From contig MU060767.1 of NCBI GenBank assembly GCA_013265495.1, forward strand, positions 4,947,546 through 5,011,545: a DNA stretch of 64,000 nucleotides. The letters run 5' to 3'. A program made the position numbers and the translations under genes. The stretch comes from Vicugna vicugna. Its lineage: Eukaryota. The notes under the pieces were generated by a model. The model was not told the DNA's origin and did no database searches. It worked only from the letters and a program-made list of their open reading frames with translations. Shown piece after piece: positions 12,101-25,383 of the stretch (positions are counted from its first letter, which is position 1; each line of letters begins with the position of its first letter).

Positions 12101-15100
12101 GCTCCAGCCAGGATCCAGCCTGACCTGGCTTAATCTCACTGGGAACAGCAGCCTCTGGGGGTCTTAAAACTGCTTTCCTCCCATTGAAGTGAGCTCCAAC
12201 TTTTATTAGTGTCCTTCCTCCAGAGGCCTGTGCATGTGAAACAAAAGCTTAGCATCTGTGGCTGAGAGGATCACTCAGGTGGTGTGGGCCAGTGGACCTG
12301 GGAGCCAGACATGGGCATAGACCAGCTTTTCAGGAGCTCCTTGCCGTAGCTGGCCTTCTCTAGGTTGCCTGACTCCAGGCCACCCCACACCATTTCACCT
12401 CTCTCACTTAACACCCAGGCGAACTTATGCCTTTGGGAAAATGAAAAAAAGCTCTTCCCTTGCAGCCCCAGATCCACTCCATCCTGCAGGCGCTATAGCT
12501 ATGGTCGCAAACCTGGAGAAGAGAGAGCTTGCTTAAGGTTAAAGTACAAGGCAGCAGCAGAGGTGTGGCCCTGCCTCCCAGGGTGAGGCTGGCTCACTTG
12601 ATTCTCAACCTGGGCTGCAGCAGGGGAACAAGGGAAGCTGCCCTCCAAGCCCTACATCTCCTGAGGGACATGCCAGTCCCGTGGAGCCCTCGGGCCCTGG
12701 GTGGGGATGTCCTGGGGAGGGGCTATCCAGGCAGGTCTCCTTCTCCACCCAGTCAGAGGAGAGCTTCTTAGAACTTGCCCTGGGTGCAGCAGTAACTAGT
12801 TCTGCCCCTCCCTTTGGCACATGGGACCGTCACCTGCCTGGCACCCTCCTGATCATTGGCTGAACTGATTTCCTCATGGGCTGTGAGTGATGTATTCATT
12901 CTCCGAGCCATGGAGATGAGGTGTTTCTGAGAGCATGAGGGTAATTAAATGTGCTTCTGCTACCACCTGCCACCTGTCTTGGAGCATGGAGAAGGGTGGT
13001 AAACCTGAGTCAGACATCCTGCTGCCTCCTAGATAAGGGGCGTGACACTCCCGCTTATCAGATCCCTGTACCTGCTGGATGGTGCCACCGACCCTGGTGT
13101 CAGCTGGGTCACCTCTGGGGATCAGCCCCATCCCCCTTCTGGGAATGCCACACCTCACTGAAAGGCCTCCAGTGTGAAATAAAATGCCAGTCTAGGGACT
13201 GAGGAAGGAGAACTTGCTGTCCTTTCCCTGCAGAATCTCTGTTTCATGCCAGCTGAAACCCAGTAACTTGCATATGGCTGTGCCAGCAGTAGACTCCAGG
13301 TTCTTCCCGAGACTGCTGGCTCACCAGCCCAGGGGCTTCCCATGGAGCAAGAGCTGCCCTTGGCTGCACCACCTCCTGCCTGCTCCCGCGGGCCCCAGGG
13401 AAGCAGCTCACTGGGTGGTAGGTGGTGCAGAGCTGGGTCCTAGCCTCTGTTCCTTTCCCTGGGGCCTGGCTGTGCAGCAGCTGTCTATGATCCTGCTGGT
13501 AGGTGACGTGAGACATGGGCCTGAGGACAGGAGTCCCAGATTTTGAGCCAGCTCTGTTTGTCCTTCCCCAGGAGGTAGCAGAGTGGGGCCTGTGTGTGTG
13601 TGCGTGCCTGTGCTGCACAGGGGCCTCTGCAGCCTTTGTGATGTGGGGAGAGGACATGTGGAGCCCGGGTAGAAGGATCAGGGCCATGGGAAGGAAGGGC
13701 AGGGGCACCCTGTGGAGCGCTGAGTAGGACAGCCTGAGCAACAGCCTGGAGTCAGAACACAGACCGCCTGATTGGGGCTGAGCCTGTCAGTTGGGAGGCT
13801 CTGGTGGGACCCTCTCTGCCAGGAGAGAGAGACTGGTGTGCTGTGCTCAGTTTTCTCCATATAACCCTTCCTCTGTTCCGTATCTGTGGTGAGTACCCTG
13901 GAAAGCTGGTATTGCAGACCCTTTAATCAGGTTACTGGCCAGGGGCCTGAGTCCAGAGATTCTACAAGCTGCTTAGGGCCAAGCCATGGGATAGGATTTG
14001 AACCGGGGTCACGGTGGCCCCAAAGCCCAGGGTCTCTCTCTCCCCTGCTCCACTCAGCCACCTAAAGAGCCATGTTCTGAAACCAGTAATCTGGCAAATG
14101 GGGCTGCAGATGGGGGCTGTGGCTCTGCATGGACCAACTGATGGGTGATGGGTGGACTTGTACTGGGCTGGCAAGAGGCCATAGACGCCTCAGTTTGGGG
14201 AGGGGGCAATGCCAAGGGTCTGGATGGGGAATGCCAGGTGGCACCTGCAGGAGGAGAGGAAGAGCTGGCATTTGATAGGAAGAGTTGGAACCCAGGGTTA
14301 GATAGTTACATGAAGTTTGCAGGGAGCCTGTGATGGGCCCTGGCAGAGGCCTGGAGGTGAGAAGGATGCTTAGTCTGTGCTGCAGACCCCAGGTAAACCC
14401 AGGGTTAACGGTTTCCATGCTGTGGCTCCCACGCTGGGAGTTCCAGATGTGGCACTGTGACCCTGCAGAGCCAGCCGGCCAGTGTACACATCTGCTTTGG
14501 AGCTGATATGAAGAAGAGGTCTCCTCCACTCCCAGAGGCTGGGGGGAGACTCAGATACAGTACATTTGCTGAGCGGAGAGGGGGGTTTCTGACTCCATTG
14601 GGCCACCATCCTGGCCATCTGTCCATAGCTATCCATCTGTCTAAGCTTCCCTGCTTGGAGCCCCTGGATGATACAGCACTGGAGAGGCTCTGGAGCTGAA
14701 CGAGCACTGGACATAGAGCCCAGATCCAGGCCCTTCAAAGCAGCCCCTTCACCTGGGCCCAGGGAAGTGGTAGAACAGGCTCCAAGGCTCCACCACCCCT
14801 CAGGGAGTGGCAGGATGGGCACGCTAGGCTCTAGGGAGCATATTTTCACATCTGGTTTCACTCATCAGCCTCAATTCCTGAAAACCCCTGAGCTCCCCAG
14901 GAGAGCGTCGTTGAGTGACCTCTGGAAAAGCAGAAGTGAAGTCTGGGAACACAGTGTCCTCTCACGCTCTGCCGTGGCCAGCTGGCCAGCAGGGCCCCTC
15001 TGTGGGCCATGAGGCCATGGGTGAGTCTAGAGCAGGGGGCTGCCCTGCCTAGTGTACTGTGCCAGGGGCTGCCTCTGTGCCTGCTGGTCCCCTGGGGCAG

Positions 15101-18100
15101 CATGGGACCAACCCCTGGCATGGACTGAGATCTTCCCTTTCTGCCTCCCTGGGGACCTTGGGAAGGGACTGCAGAGGCCACGTGCTATCTGCCCTTGGGA
15201 GCCCTGGAGGGGCTGAAAGATCACTTCCAGGGCTGCCAGGATCTGAGAAAGGTTTCAGAAACTGGATGGGAGGCAGGGCTGCCCAGCTGCCACCTCTCAA
15301 GTCCTGGCTGGAGCTGGCTGCCAAACCCACACTTTGTCCCACAGAGAGGAGAGAGCGTTGGACAGGCTAGGGGTCCCCATGCCTACCTGCTAATCAGGAG
15401 CAAGGGTGGTAATCAGAGGTGCTAGTAGGGGCCATGGCTCTGCTGCTGAGGGGTCCTGGTCCAGAAGACCTGGGTTGGGGGTAGGCAGGCTGTGGAGGGA
15501 CAGGTGGAAGCTGTGGGGCCAGCTTGAGTCTGGTGCAGCCCTGTGAGCCCTGGGAGGAACAGCCATGCCAGATGGTGTCTGGCTGCAGCCTGCCCACGCA
15601 CCTTCACAGAGCTTAGCTGGATCCTGCTGGGGCTGGGGCAATGGCCTTTGACACAGGCAACCTCTAGGTGGACAGGGGTGCCCTCCCAACCCAGCCTCTC
15701 TGGCTGAGCCTGAGGAAGCAGCCCCGTTTCCTGAACTTCAAGGGCTTCCCGTGGACTTCCCTGGAGGATCCACTTGGGGCAGAGATCACAGGCAGGTTGC
15801 CCTAGCCAGAGGATAGTACCAGTAGAGCAGAGTCAAGGGCTAAGGCTGAGGCAGTTCTAGGACTGAGGGTGTGGGACTGGGGCCTCACAGGCTGTGCTAG
15901 GAGGCCAGGCTCCAGCTCTCCAGCTCTGGGGCCTTGGGGGCCACTGGGTGAAAGTGACAGCGACATGTTGGAGTTGGAGGACTTCACTCTGGTGACGGTA
16001 TGGAGAGAGGACTTGGGAGCAAGGAGCCAAGAAGTGAGGAGAAGGCCAGCAAAAGGGCACCATAGTGATGAGGGGGCTGGGCAGCCCCTGGGAGGTGAAG
16101 TTGAGGGGATAGTCTCACCAGAACATCAGGACAGGCAACACTGGGGAGCAGAAGAGATCTGAGAAGGTCCTGGGTGGGGTTGAGGGAGTAGGTCCAAGGT
16201 CCTTAGGGGAGGCTGGAGGCATTGGGAAATTGAGTTGATCAGCTTCCTCTGAGGAGGAGTTTAGATCGGACTGCAGAGAGAACTTCCTGACAGCAGCAGC
16301 ATCTTCTTGGACATGAGAAACCAGCCTCTGAGGAAGTCTTTTGCTGTGAGAGATCCCAAACTGGCCAGACATTCCTGGTGCCGGGCCATGGATGGGAGGA
16401 TTTGGGGTAGACAGCTGGGCTTGTGGGTAGACCAGAGCGGTCCCCTGAGTCTGTGCTAACCAGAACACTACTCATGCTTCAGCCCAAGCATGTCTGGGGC
16501 TCTCAGGGGCCATCACCGAGGCTTTCAGGCTGCTGAGCTCAGGGTGCAGAGCAGAATTAGCCCCTGCCTTCCCAGAGTCCTTGGCGTCCTTGGCTGCCCT
16601 CGGGGACTGGGCCAGGGCTGGGTGGCTGAGTCTCCCACGAAGCTCTCAACAAGTTCCAGGCCTCTCCTCCTGTGCTCAGAGCCCACCCCCAGTCACACCT
16701 CCTCCGCATCTCTCAGAGCAGGAAACTGGAGGGGGGGGGTGGTTTCTAATGGGTGTGTTCCAGCCTGAGGACTGTGTAAAGTGCTTGGGGCGGCTAGCCG
16801 CTGGGCCTGGGTGCCAGGTTTCTTGAACAGGGTCAGAGCTGGTTCAGAAGCCCTGTGTGGTCCGAGCTGAGAGATTGGCTAGTCTGGTTGCTTCCAAGTT
16901 GCCTTCTTGGCTGGTGGGCTGTCCCCGCTCCCTGGATCACAGAGAGAAGTGGGGGGTGGCCAGGGAAAGTGGTCTGCAGTGGCCCTTTGACATCGTCACT
17001 GGGGGGCTTTTAAAAATGAGTTTTCTGGTAAGGAAGACTCCTCAGGCCTTGGGCGGGATTCTCAGTAGAGTCTCCCGGGTTTGCTCTGATCCGACAAACG
17101 CCAGCAGAAACCACCCGGCCGTCTGCATTCCAGCAGCCAAGTCCCCAAATGCAGTGTCAGCAAAACTCAGCGGCCAAGGCACAGGGATGTTTGCTTTAAG
17201 GCCCATGCTAAGCCCCAGGAGTGGGGGGCGTGCAATGGAGAGCCCACCCCTCAGCTTTGCCCCTCTCATTCACATGCATGAGCTTCTCTAGGAATGGCTG
17301 ATGCCACAAGTAATGCCAAAGGGGCTTGCCCACGAGTCATGACAGCCTAGGGCCTCTGTCAGGTGGGCAGTGAGTGTCCAGGCTGCCTCCAAGGTCATGG
17401 AGGGGGTCTGCTCTGGCCCCTCTCACTGCTCTGCCACCTACCAGCTCTTCTGGGACTTAAGTCTGCATGCGCAGCAGGGTCTATATCTGAGAGGCTCGTC
17501 CTGGGCCTAGAGTTGTGGGAGAATGTGGTCAAAAATGTAAAGGACTGGGGAGGAGTGGAGACCAGAGCTGAGGATGGAGAGAATCCATGAGGCCTGATCC
17601 ATATCCTGGCCCCTCTATGCTTCACTGTGGGACTCTTGGACACGTTTAATGTTCCTTTTGATTTCTCTTTTCTGAATCTGTGAAATGGGAATGGCTGGGA
17701 GGTCTAGCACACAGTTTGCTCCTGGCATAGGGCTTGGTACTCAGCAGAGCCCCATCTGTTTCTAGCTAGAGTGGGTCTTGGTTCTCCCCTTTTGGGGGTG
17801 CTGACTTCCACCTGACCAGTGCCAGGTGAGACTGAGTTGGTGGGGGCTGAAGAGGGGGGAGGGTGCTTGGCAGTGAGGGAGTCATGGAGCGAGCCTTCCC
17901 AGGGAGAAAACCACATGGAGCAAAGACAAGGCTGGGACAGAGAAGTTCCCCACTGCTGGAGAGCTTATGCGGCTAGAGTGGAGGTGACTGCATAGCACTT
18001 GGGGAAGCCTCCCAGCAGCATGTGCAAGGGTGCCTGTGGGGGCCTGGTCCCTGACTGCTTTGGAGGGTAGGAATCAGGAGGCTGGACTGCAGTCCAGGGC

Positions 18101-18431
18101 CAGAACTCACTGTCCTAGAGAATAGTGGGGCCACTGGCATGAGGGGCCCTGCCAGGAGCACTGGGTTTTGCCCTATGCACCTGGCCTAGCTTCCAGGCCC
18201 AGGCTATGACCTGGAGAGGAAGGAGTCTCACCGCCTAAGAAGGGCTCTTTTCCGGCTGTGGTGGCTGGATGGATAAACAGACAGGTTTGGGCTGAGAGCT
18301 GTTGCGCCAGACCATCTAACCCAGAATACCACATCCCCACCTGGGCTTTCAGTGGCTGTCCACCCTGCGGCTTCCCCTAGTGGCGCTTGGAGCACCTGCT
18401 GTTCCCAGGCCAGAACTCCCTGCCTGCTTGC

Positions 18432-18860
18432 TTTTTCAAGTTTCACAATGTTTATTGATAGATAAAAGTATATTAAAATCCAGGCATGAATATGACTTGA
18501 TAAATTAAGTAGACTTAATTTCAGTGTGAAAATAAGAGGGAACAATTCATATTCTCACCATTTGTTTCATACCCACAAAAATCACTTCAGGGGCATTGAG
18601 GATCTCTCAAAACTGATCAGTTTTGTGCAAGTAAACCATGTTGTTGTTTTCTTTTAACTTGTGCACTTATCCAGAGTCAAAGATATTAAAATCTAGCACA
18701 TAAAACCCATTACTAGAGGTAGAAATACAGGCGTATGCTGTTACAGGGAAACCCTTCAATTACAATTACAGATTTTTCTGTAACAACCAAATGCATAATC
18801 AAATATTGCAACAACTTGAGTATTACTGAGCAAAGGCACCTTCTCTTAGCTATGTCTTAT
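18432..18860 (-). pseudogene. Probable processed-mRNA 3'-UTR retrocopy fragment (parent not identified)
   Basis: Abrupt AT-rich island in GC-rich DNA; the minus strand ends ...tatcAATAAAcattgtgaaacttg-AAAAA (signal 18451-18456, residual tail 18432-18436); no repeat-consensus motif recognised. Confidence 0.55.
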
Positions 18861-20878
18861 TCCTGGCATAGGTGGTCCTTGGCTGGACTAGTGAGGATGG
18901 GGAGGAACAGAGCCCAGGGCAGGGGCTCATGGCAGATAGCCTGGGGCAAGGACATAGGTGTGCACACACCTCCTGGGCAAAAAGACAGCAGGTTCTATGG
19001 GGCAGAGCAGGGGGCTGGTGGCTTCTCCCTTCCCCACCTTTTATTCTGTCCCTCTTTTGAGTGGCCATGGGGAAAAAGGTGTGAATGGTAGAGTGATGGT
19101 AAAAGCAGCAAATGATGACAGCCTTCTGCAGGCCTCATGAGGTTAAAATCTACTCTGAGTCCCCAGGAGCCACAATGCTACCTGCCACCCAGGTGCCACC
19201 AAGAGATCCAGATGGAAAGTATCCACCCCAGTGGTGTGCACACCCCTCCTTCCCATACATTCGTCCATCTCTTCTTTGGCACAGCTGACTTCAAGCTGGG
19301 AGCATTCTTCTCCTGATGAGGTACAGGAGAAGGGTCATCACAGGGATCCCCTAAGTCTGTAGAGCAATGATGTGCACCACTCATGTTTCCTTTTTGACCA
19401 GGATAGCATGGACCACTTTTCCTTTCAGCCCAGGATAGCATGGACCACAGACGCTCGGGGATGCCTTAACCAAGTGGTGGGACAGGTGCTTGTGGAAATG
19501 TTCACACATGTGATCCTTCCTGTCATTCTCTGAGCAGCCTTCCCAGGAGACAGAAAGCATGCGGTCCTCAATCAGCAGAAGCTAGCTTCCGTTGTTGAGC
19601 CTTAATACACACATGCATGCACTTGCACACGCAGGGCCCTCCTCAGCCACTGTTCTTGGCACTGCCATCACTACCACAGTGTACCCTGTTTGAAAATCCA
19701 GGTGTAAACCCTCCTGCTATCTTCACAACTCTCCCCAGTCTTTCATTCATTACACAGTTAGTTAAAATGCACCAGAACATACTCTGTTCTAAGCTCTAGG
19801 GTACTGCAGTGACCCAAAGTCCCTGCTATTGTGGTTTATGTGACGTGTGCCACGTGGGATGTGTTACAAAGAAGAGTGGCACAAGTGAAGGGACAGAGGG
19901 GTGGGGCTGCAGGAGAGGCCTCTGAAGAGGAACATTTGAAGAGAGCTCATCACTCTCCAGACAAGGGGACAGGGAAAGGCCCTGAGGGGGATGTGCAGAT
20001 GAGTGATGGAGTCTGCCTGGTGTTTTAAGACCACTCTAACTGCTGGGTGGAGAATAGACTGGGGTGGGTGGGCAAAAGCTGAGAGACTGTTAGGTTGTTG
20101 CCATGATCCCCCTGAGGCTCACCTGTCCTGCCTCCCCAGGGCCCTTCTGCTCTGCCCTCTCCTCCCTTTTTCCTCACGCCTGCTCTTAAGAGCTCAGGAG
20201 AGCCCGTGGGATTGGTTTGCCTGCTTTCAGTCAATCTAGAGAAAAGCCAATCTTTCTTCCCAGCTTTCACACCACTCAGTTACTCTCTAGGCCACTTGTC
20301 AGTCATGCCAGCTGTTTCCTTTGTACTTTCCTGTCCCTGCCCTTTGCCTGGCCTGGCCTGCCTTTCATCCTTTCAGTCTTATCTTGGTGCCATCTCCACT
20401 TTACTCCAGTGGCTCAGGACAGCTCCTTCATTTCATATGCATGTTTCTGCCTGGGAGTATGATGGCTTGCTTCTCTAACCCTGAGGCTCCTGAGGGTAGG
20501 CAGCATGTCTTATTCTGCTCTAAGTTAGGGCCATCCTGGAGCCCACCATGCAGAAGAGCCTCAAAGGCTGTGGGTTGTGAATGACATCTTGGGTTGGAGT
20601 TTCCCAGACGTTCTTGTCTCATTTGGGGGAACAATGGTTCTACTTGTATTTGGACTCTGGGGCCCAGTGTCCTGGCTCATGGCCCAGGGGTCTGGGGCAT
20701 CTCCAGGGCCTTGGCCTGACTTCCCTGGAGTGGGCTCTGAGCCAACAGAGAGGTTGCGGTGGAGACAGGTCAGGGTAGCAGCAGGACACAATTGCAGGGG
20801 AACAGGGTCGATGGGGACTTAGGGTCCTGGGGAAGAGGCTCAGCACTACTGGCTCTCACTCCCACCCTTGGGTTTCAG

Positions 20879-21050
20879 ACCTGAAGCTGCACCTGCAGAG
20901 CACTGACTATGGCAACTTCCTGGCTAATGAGGCATCACCGCTGACAGTGTCCGTCATTGACGACCGGCTCAAGGAGAAGATGGTGGTGGAGTTCCGGCAC
21001 ATGAGGAACCATGCCTATGAGCCGCTCGCCAGCTTCCTGGACTTCATTAC
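20879..21050 (+). CDS. ATP6V0D1: V-type proton ATPase subunit d1, exon 2 (172 nt)
   Basis: tttcag|AC...TTAC|gtgagc; encodes [58 protein letters not shown]. Confidence 0.98.
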
Positions 21051-21255
21051 GTGAGCGCCCTCTGATGCCTTTTCCTCCTGCTGGGCAGGACAGCTACCCT
21101 GCCTTCAGGGTTCTCCTAGGTTGTGTGGATGGGCTGGTCATTCAACAACCCTGGGCCTCTGGGCCACCACCCATAAAGTGGGGTCATCAGCCCACCAGGA
21201 ATCTGGTGAGCAGGCAGGAGTGTCCCACACTGTAGTGTTGGATGAAGCCCCCTTT

Positions 21256-21865
21256 GTTGTTGTTGTTGTTGTTTATCTATTTTATATACAGTAGTTTGTA
21301 TCTGTTCATTGCAAAATCCCAGTTTATTCTTCCACACAACCTTTCCCTTTTAGTAACCATCAGCTTGTTTTCTATGTCTGTGAGTCTGATTCTGTTTAGA
21401 AAATAAGTTCATTTGTATAATTGTTTAGATTCCACATGTAAGTGATTTCATATATTTGTCTTTCTCTGGCTGACTTTAGTTATATGATAATCTCTAGGTC
21501 CATCCACATTGCTATGAGTGGCATCATTTCATTATTTTTTATGGCTGAGTAGTATTCCATTGTGTGTATAGACTATGTCTTCTTTATCTATTCATCTGGA
21601 TAAATGGACATTTAGGTTGCTTCCATGTCTTGACTGTTGTAAATAGTGCTGCTGTAAAAACTGAGGTTCATGTGTCTTTTTGAATTAGAGTTTTAATCTT
21701 TTCTGAATATATGTCCAGAAGGGGGAATGCTGGATCATATGGTAACTCTATTTTTAATGTTTTAAGGAACTTCCATGCTGTTCTCCATAGTGGCCGCACC
21801 AATTTACATTCCCACCAGCAGTGTGGGAGGGGTCCCTTTTCTCTGCACCCTCTCCAGCATTTACT
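21256..21865 (-). mobile_element. 5'-truncated L1 insertion with TSDs
   Basis: Minus frame gives the L1 ORF2 C-terminus (CWWECKLVRPLWRTAWKFLKTLKIELPYDPA); tail decayed to (TTG)n; TSD ggatgaagcccccttt 21240-21255 / ggtgaagccccttt 21867-21880. Confidence 0.92.
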
Positions 21866-24800
21866 GGGTGAAGCCCCTTTCCTTGCACCTCTGGTGTTAC
21901 AGAGATTGGGGTGGGGAGACCAGGGATGACAGGAGCCCTTTCCCTCATTCTCGCTAAAGCACTCACACTGAACACTCATCAGGCCCCTACCTCCCATGAT
22001 GGGGTCAGGGGGTGGGCAGAGCTCTGAAGAGCTAAGTTCTTGGGATGGACCACTCAGGCCCTTTGGCGCTGTCTGGGCTGAGGCCCATCTGTCATCTCTG
22101 ACCATGGCCCCTGGGTCTCAGGGAGAAGTGGGGCAAGGAGGGTGCTGAACACCTGGCTGCCTTTCCCAGTTCTGGGCCAGGCCCCCATACTTTTGACCCT
22201 TATCTTCCCAGCTTTCTCACTGTCTAACCCTTGGGTGCAGCCTTGCCTCCACTAACCTTCTGGAAAAGCTGAGCAGGGGAAAGAACCCTGGGACCTGGAG
22301 GCTGAGGCGGGCACTTGAATGAGGCAATCTCTGCTTCCCAGGTGTGCCTATGGAAACACGGATGTAGAGAGGCCCCTTCTGCCATCATGGCCCAGGAGCC
22401 ATGAGCCAGGGCCTGGTGGACAAAGAGCTGGCTGTTGCCAAGGTGGCTGGCCTGCAGAGGTAGTGGACAGAGGCATGACCGTGACTGGCTTACACAAGCG
22501 TGCTCTGCGTTGTTGGAGTGTGAGAGTGTGTCGTGGGGAAGTGTTTATGGGTCCTCTACTGGGTATTGTCTAGCTTTGACCACTCCCTGATGGCAGCACC
22601 CCCACCTTCCTCCTTGGGGTCTGGCACACCTGCCCTACTTATCCTTGCAGGGATAGAGCTGGTTGCCTGCTGCCTGGCCTGCTTCCCACCCCAGCCAGGA
22701 GCAGCCATTTACTTGAGATCCACTTGCTCAGGTAGGGGCTACAACCAGAATTTGGACGGGGGCCACAGGCTGGGACACCTGAAGGACTCAGGCTAGGAAG
22801 CAGGCTCTCTCCTGGCCACAGGCCTCCTTCCCAAGGGCCTCCCTGCTGTCCTGGCTGGATCTATAATCACATTGCCCTGGCCCCGGTCAAAGCATAACAA
22901 CATGGTCCTGCTGGGGCAGAGGCCACAGATGCAGTATGTCTCTTGCTGCTGCACTGGGGCGGGGGTCACACTGTAGCACCTGTCTGTCAGCCAACCCCTA
23001 GCCTGGGCCTGTGTGTCCCTTACCCCAAGGCCAGAGCTGAAGGACATACCAGGAAGCAGTCCGTTTATTGCCAGAGCCCGGCCTTGATCTTGTTTGCACA
23101 AGGCTCCTTCAGCTTCCTGGTGAATGTTCTGGCCTTGCCAGCTAGGCTGGACAGAGGAGGCCAGCCCTATGCCAGTGACTGGAGGGCAGATGTCATCCCT
23201 CCTGCTGCCCACTTGGCCACCTGCCTGTGCAGCCAGCCCCTGGCCTGTCTTGGTGCCCTCAGCGACTTGGTCTTAGCCTGCCAGGCCATGAAACTGGAGA
23301 GGGCTCTGAGCGTGACTGAGGCCACACAGCTGCCAGCTCTTTGCTGGAGGTTGGCGGCAAGCACCAAGCATGCTTGAAGCAGCCAAGTGCTATTCTGTGG
23401 CCGGCTTTCACTTCCCCGCCCCTTCCATTCACGGGCGATTGTAGCTCACAGTCTACCCATCCCCTCACTCCTGCTCTCTCTCAGAAAGTGCGCAGCAGCC
23501 ACGTGTCAGCCTGTCTAAGCCTGTGGCTGCTCGTTCCACGACCTTGTCATCTCCAGTGACCTGCTCCTCTGCTCTCTGCCTCAGCCACCCCCATCGATGG
23601 CTGCCCAAGACCATGTCATCACCTGGAACTGTTCCACCCCTGATATCGCTGAGTCAGGCACCCCTTCTCTACCCACAGCCTCAGGCCTCCCAGCCCACTC
23701 TCAGTCCCTTGTGGGACACGGGTTCCGGACTCAGCAGGACTCTGGACCTTGCTTCCTCCTCTGCCGCCCCTTCTGTCTTCATTCTCCTCCCTCCCCAGCT
23801 GAGGTTCCCTGGTCCATCACTCAAGCACTGTCTGCCAACATCCGCAGCTCTCTTGGCCGCCCATCTCATGGTCCCGCCCAGCTGGCAGCTCCCCAGCCCT
23901 GGAGGAAGCCCAGCAACCTCCAGCCTGGAGGCGCCCTCCCCCACCTCCACGGCTGGGAGCAAAGCCGGGGAAGCCAGTGTTGGGTGGATATTCCCTGCTG
24001 CCAGGCATGCATGCTCACCAGTTCAGTTGGCTTTGGCTTGTCCCTACCGGGCGGGCCACTTGTTCTCCCTACTTAGCACCATAGAGCTCCCCACCGAGGG
24101 TGGGAAGACCACCTCCGCATCTTAAACATCATCTGTCTCCTGCCCTCAGTGTGCTCTCAAGGTAGATGGCCCACATTTTCCTCCACAGAGACTGTAGAAG
24201 CCAGTCTGCCTCCCAGCACTGCATCTGTACCACCCTCAACCTCGTTCAATGGCAGAGTCACCCTCCTCTTCTCTTGGGACCTTCTGCCAATATCCTGAGT
24301 CCCCTCACCCCACTCCCTGGACCCTGAGTGGCCACGTATCTGCACTCCTGTCTGTGCAGCTCCTTCCCTTCCAGATCTAAACAAGCTCAGATCTCTCACA
24401 CCATTAAAAACGCATCTGGTATGGCTTAAACTTTTACATTCACTCTGTTCTCTCAACTCCTCTGTCCTTCAAGCCTCCAGTCAGCTTCCAGCCATCCGAT
24501 CACTCTACCACAGGGCCCTGGCTAAGGTCACCACTGACCTTCATGTGGCCAAGGTCTCCAGGCTTAATTAGGAGCCACACCCCTGTTACCTCCTTCCAGC
24601 CATCTCCTTCCTCTCACAGTGTCTCTCTGGCCTGAGGGTTCCCAGCCCTTAAGCCTACAGGCTGTTGGGTGGGGCTGGGTCTTGGTGTTATTAATCCAAT
24701 CAAGATGTCAGCCTCCAGGGAAGCTCATGCAGATGAATACTCCCAGAATGTCTGTCACCAGCTTCTATGTCCCCTGGGTAAACTGCAGCAGTCTCCTAAC

Positions 24801-24884
24801 TCGCAGGAGAACTTCTAAAACCAGCAGGCTGGTCTGGCCCAGTTTCCTATGCAATCACTGTCTCTGCCGCTGGACCTGGTGCAC

Positions 24885-25310
24885 TTGTGATCCTGTGCGT
24901 GTCTCCCAAGAGAGTTAAGTCTCTGTCTCTCAGGCCTGTGGGGCTCCTGAAGTTAAGCCCCACTGGCCTTCAAAACCAGATGTCCTGGGGTCTCCTCCTC
25001 CCACTGCTGGAACCCTGGTCCTGGGAGTCTGACGTGGGGCTCAGAACTTTCATTCCTGTGGGAGCTCCTCTATGACTTAATTGTTCTTCAGCTTGTGGGT
25101 TGCCCACCCAGAGGGTATGGGGCCTGACTTTATCGTGAGCTCACCCCTCCTACCTTCCTGTTGTGGTTCTGTTTCATTGTTTCCAGTTGAAGCAGATCCT
25201 TTTTGTTAGACTCCTTTTTTCTCGGTGGCTGTTCAGAAATTGGTTATGGTTTTGTTGTAGTTGCAAGGAGAGGTGAGTTCGTGGTCCTTCTACTCCCTCA
25301 TGATGTCTGT
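24885..25310 (-). mobile_element. L1 5'-end (5' UTR) fragment, antisense
   Basis: ctgacgtggggctcagaact, tgtgggttgcccaccc, ggaga-ggtgag...gtccttctactcc; the last is the reverse complement of the L1 5' start. Confidence 0.7.
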
Positions 25311-25338
25311 CTGATTTAACTCCTGCCTCCCTGGTGGC

Positions 25339-25383
25339 TCCTCCTCCTCTTCCTCCTCCTTCTTCACCTCTTCTACCTCCTCC
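25339..25383. repeat. (CCT)n-like low-complexity repeat
   Basis: ctcctcctcctcttcctcctccttcttcacctcttctacctcctcc. Confidence 0.8.

Noticed and set aside
19774-19790. AGAACA-N5-TGTTCT as a glucocorticoid/mineralocorticoid response element
   Set aside because: A GRE needs a 3-bp spacer, and the site lies in an L2 tail.
1-20878. ATP6V0D1 exon 1 or another protein-coding gene in the first 20 kb
   Set aside because: No CpG island and no MSFFPELYFN-coding sequence was seen. The short ORFs lack recognisable homology, so this is treated as intron 1.
21668-22105. 145-aa minus-strand ORF
   Set aside because: Chimera of flanking DNA and the L1 ORF2 C-terminus.
23523-24125. 200-aa ORF and overlapping ORFs
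   Set aside because: Pro/Ser-rich low-information frames on both strands of GC-rich intron, with no domain or supporting splice structure.
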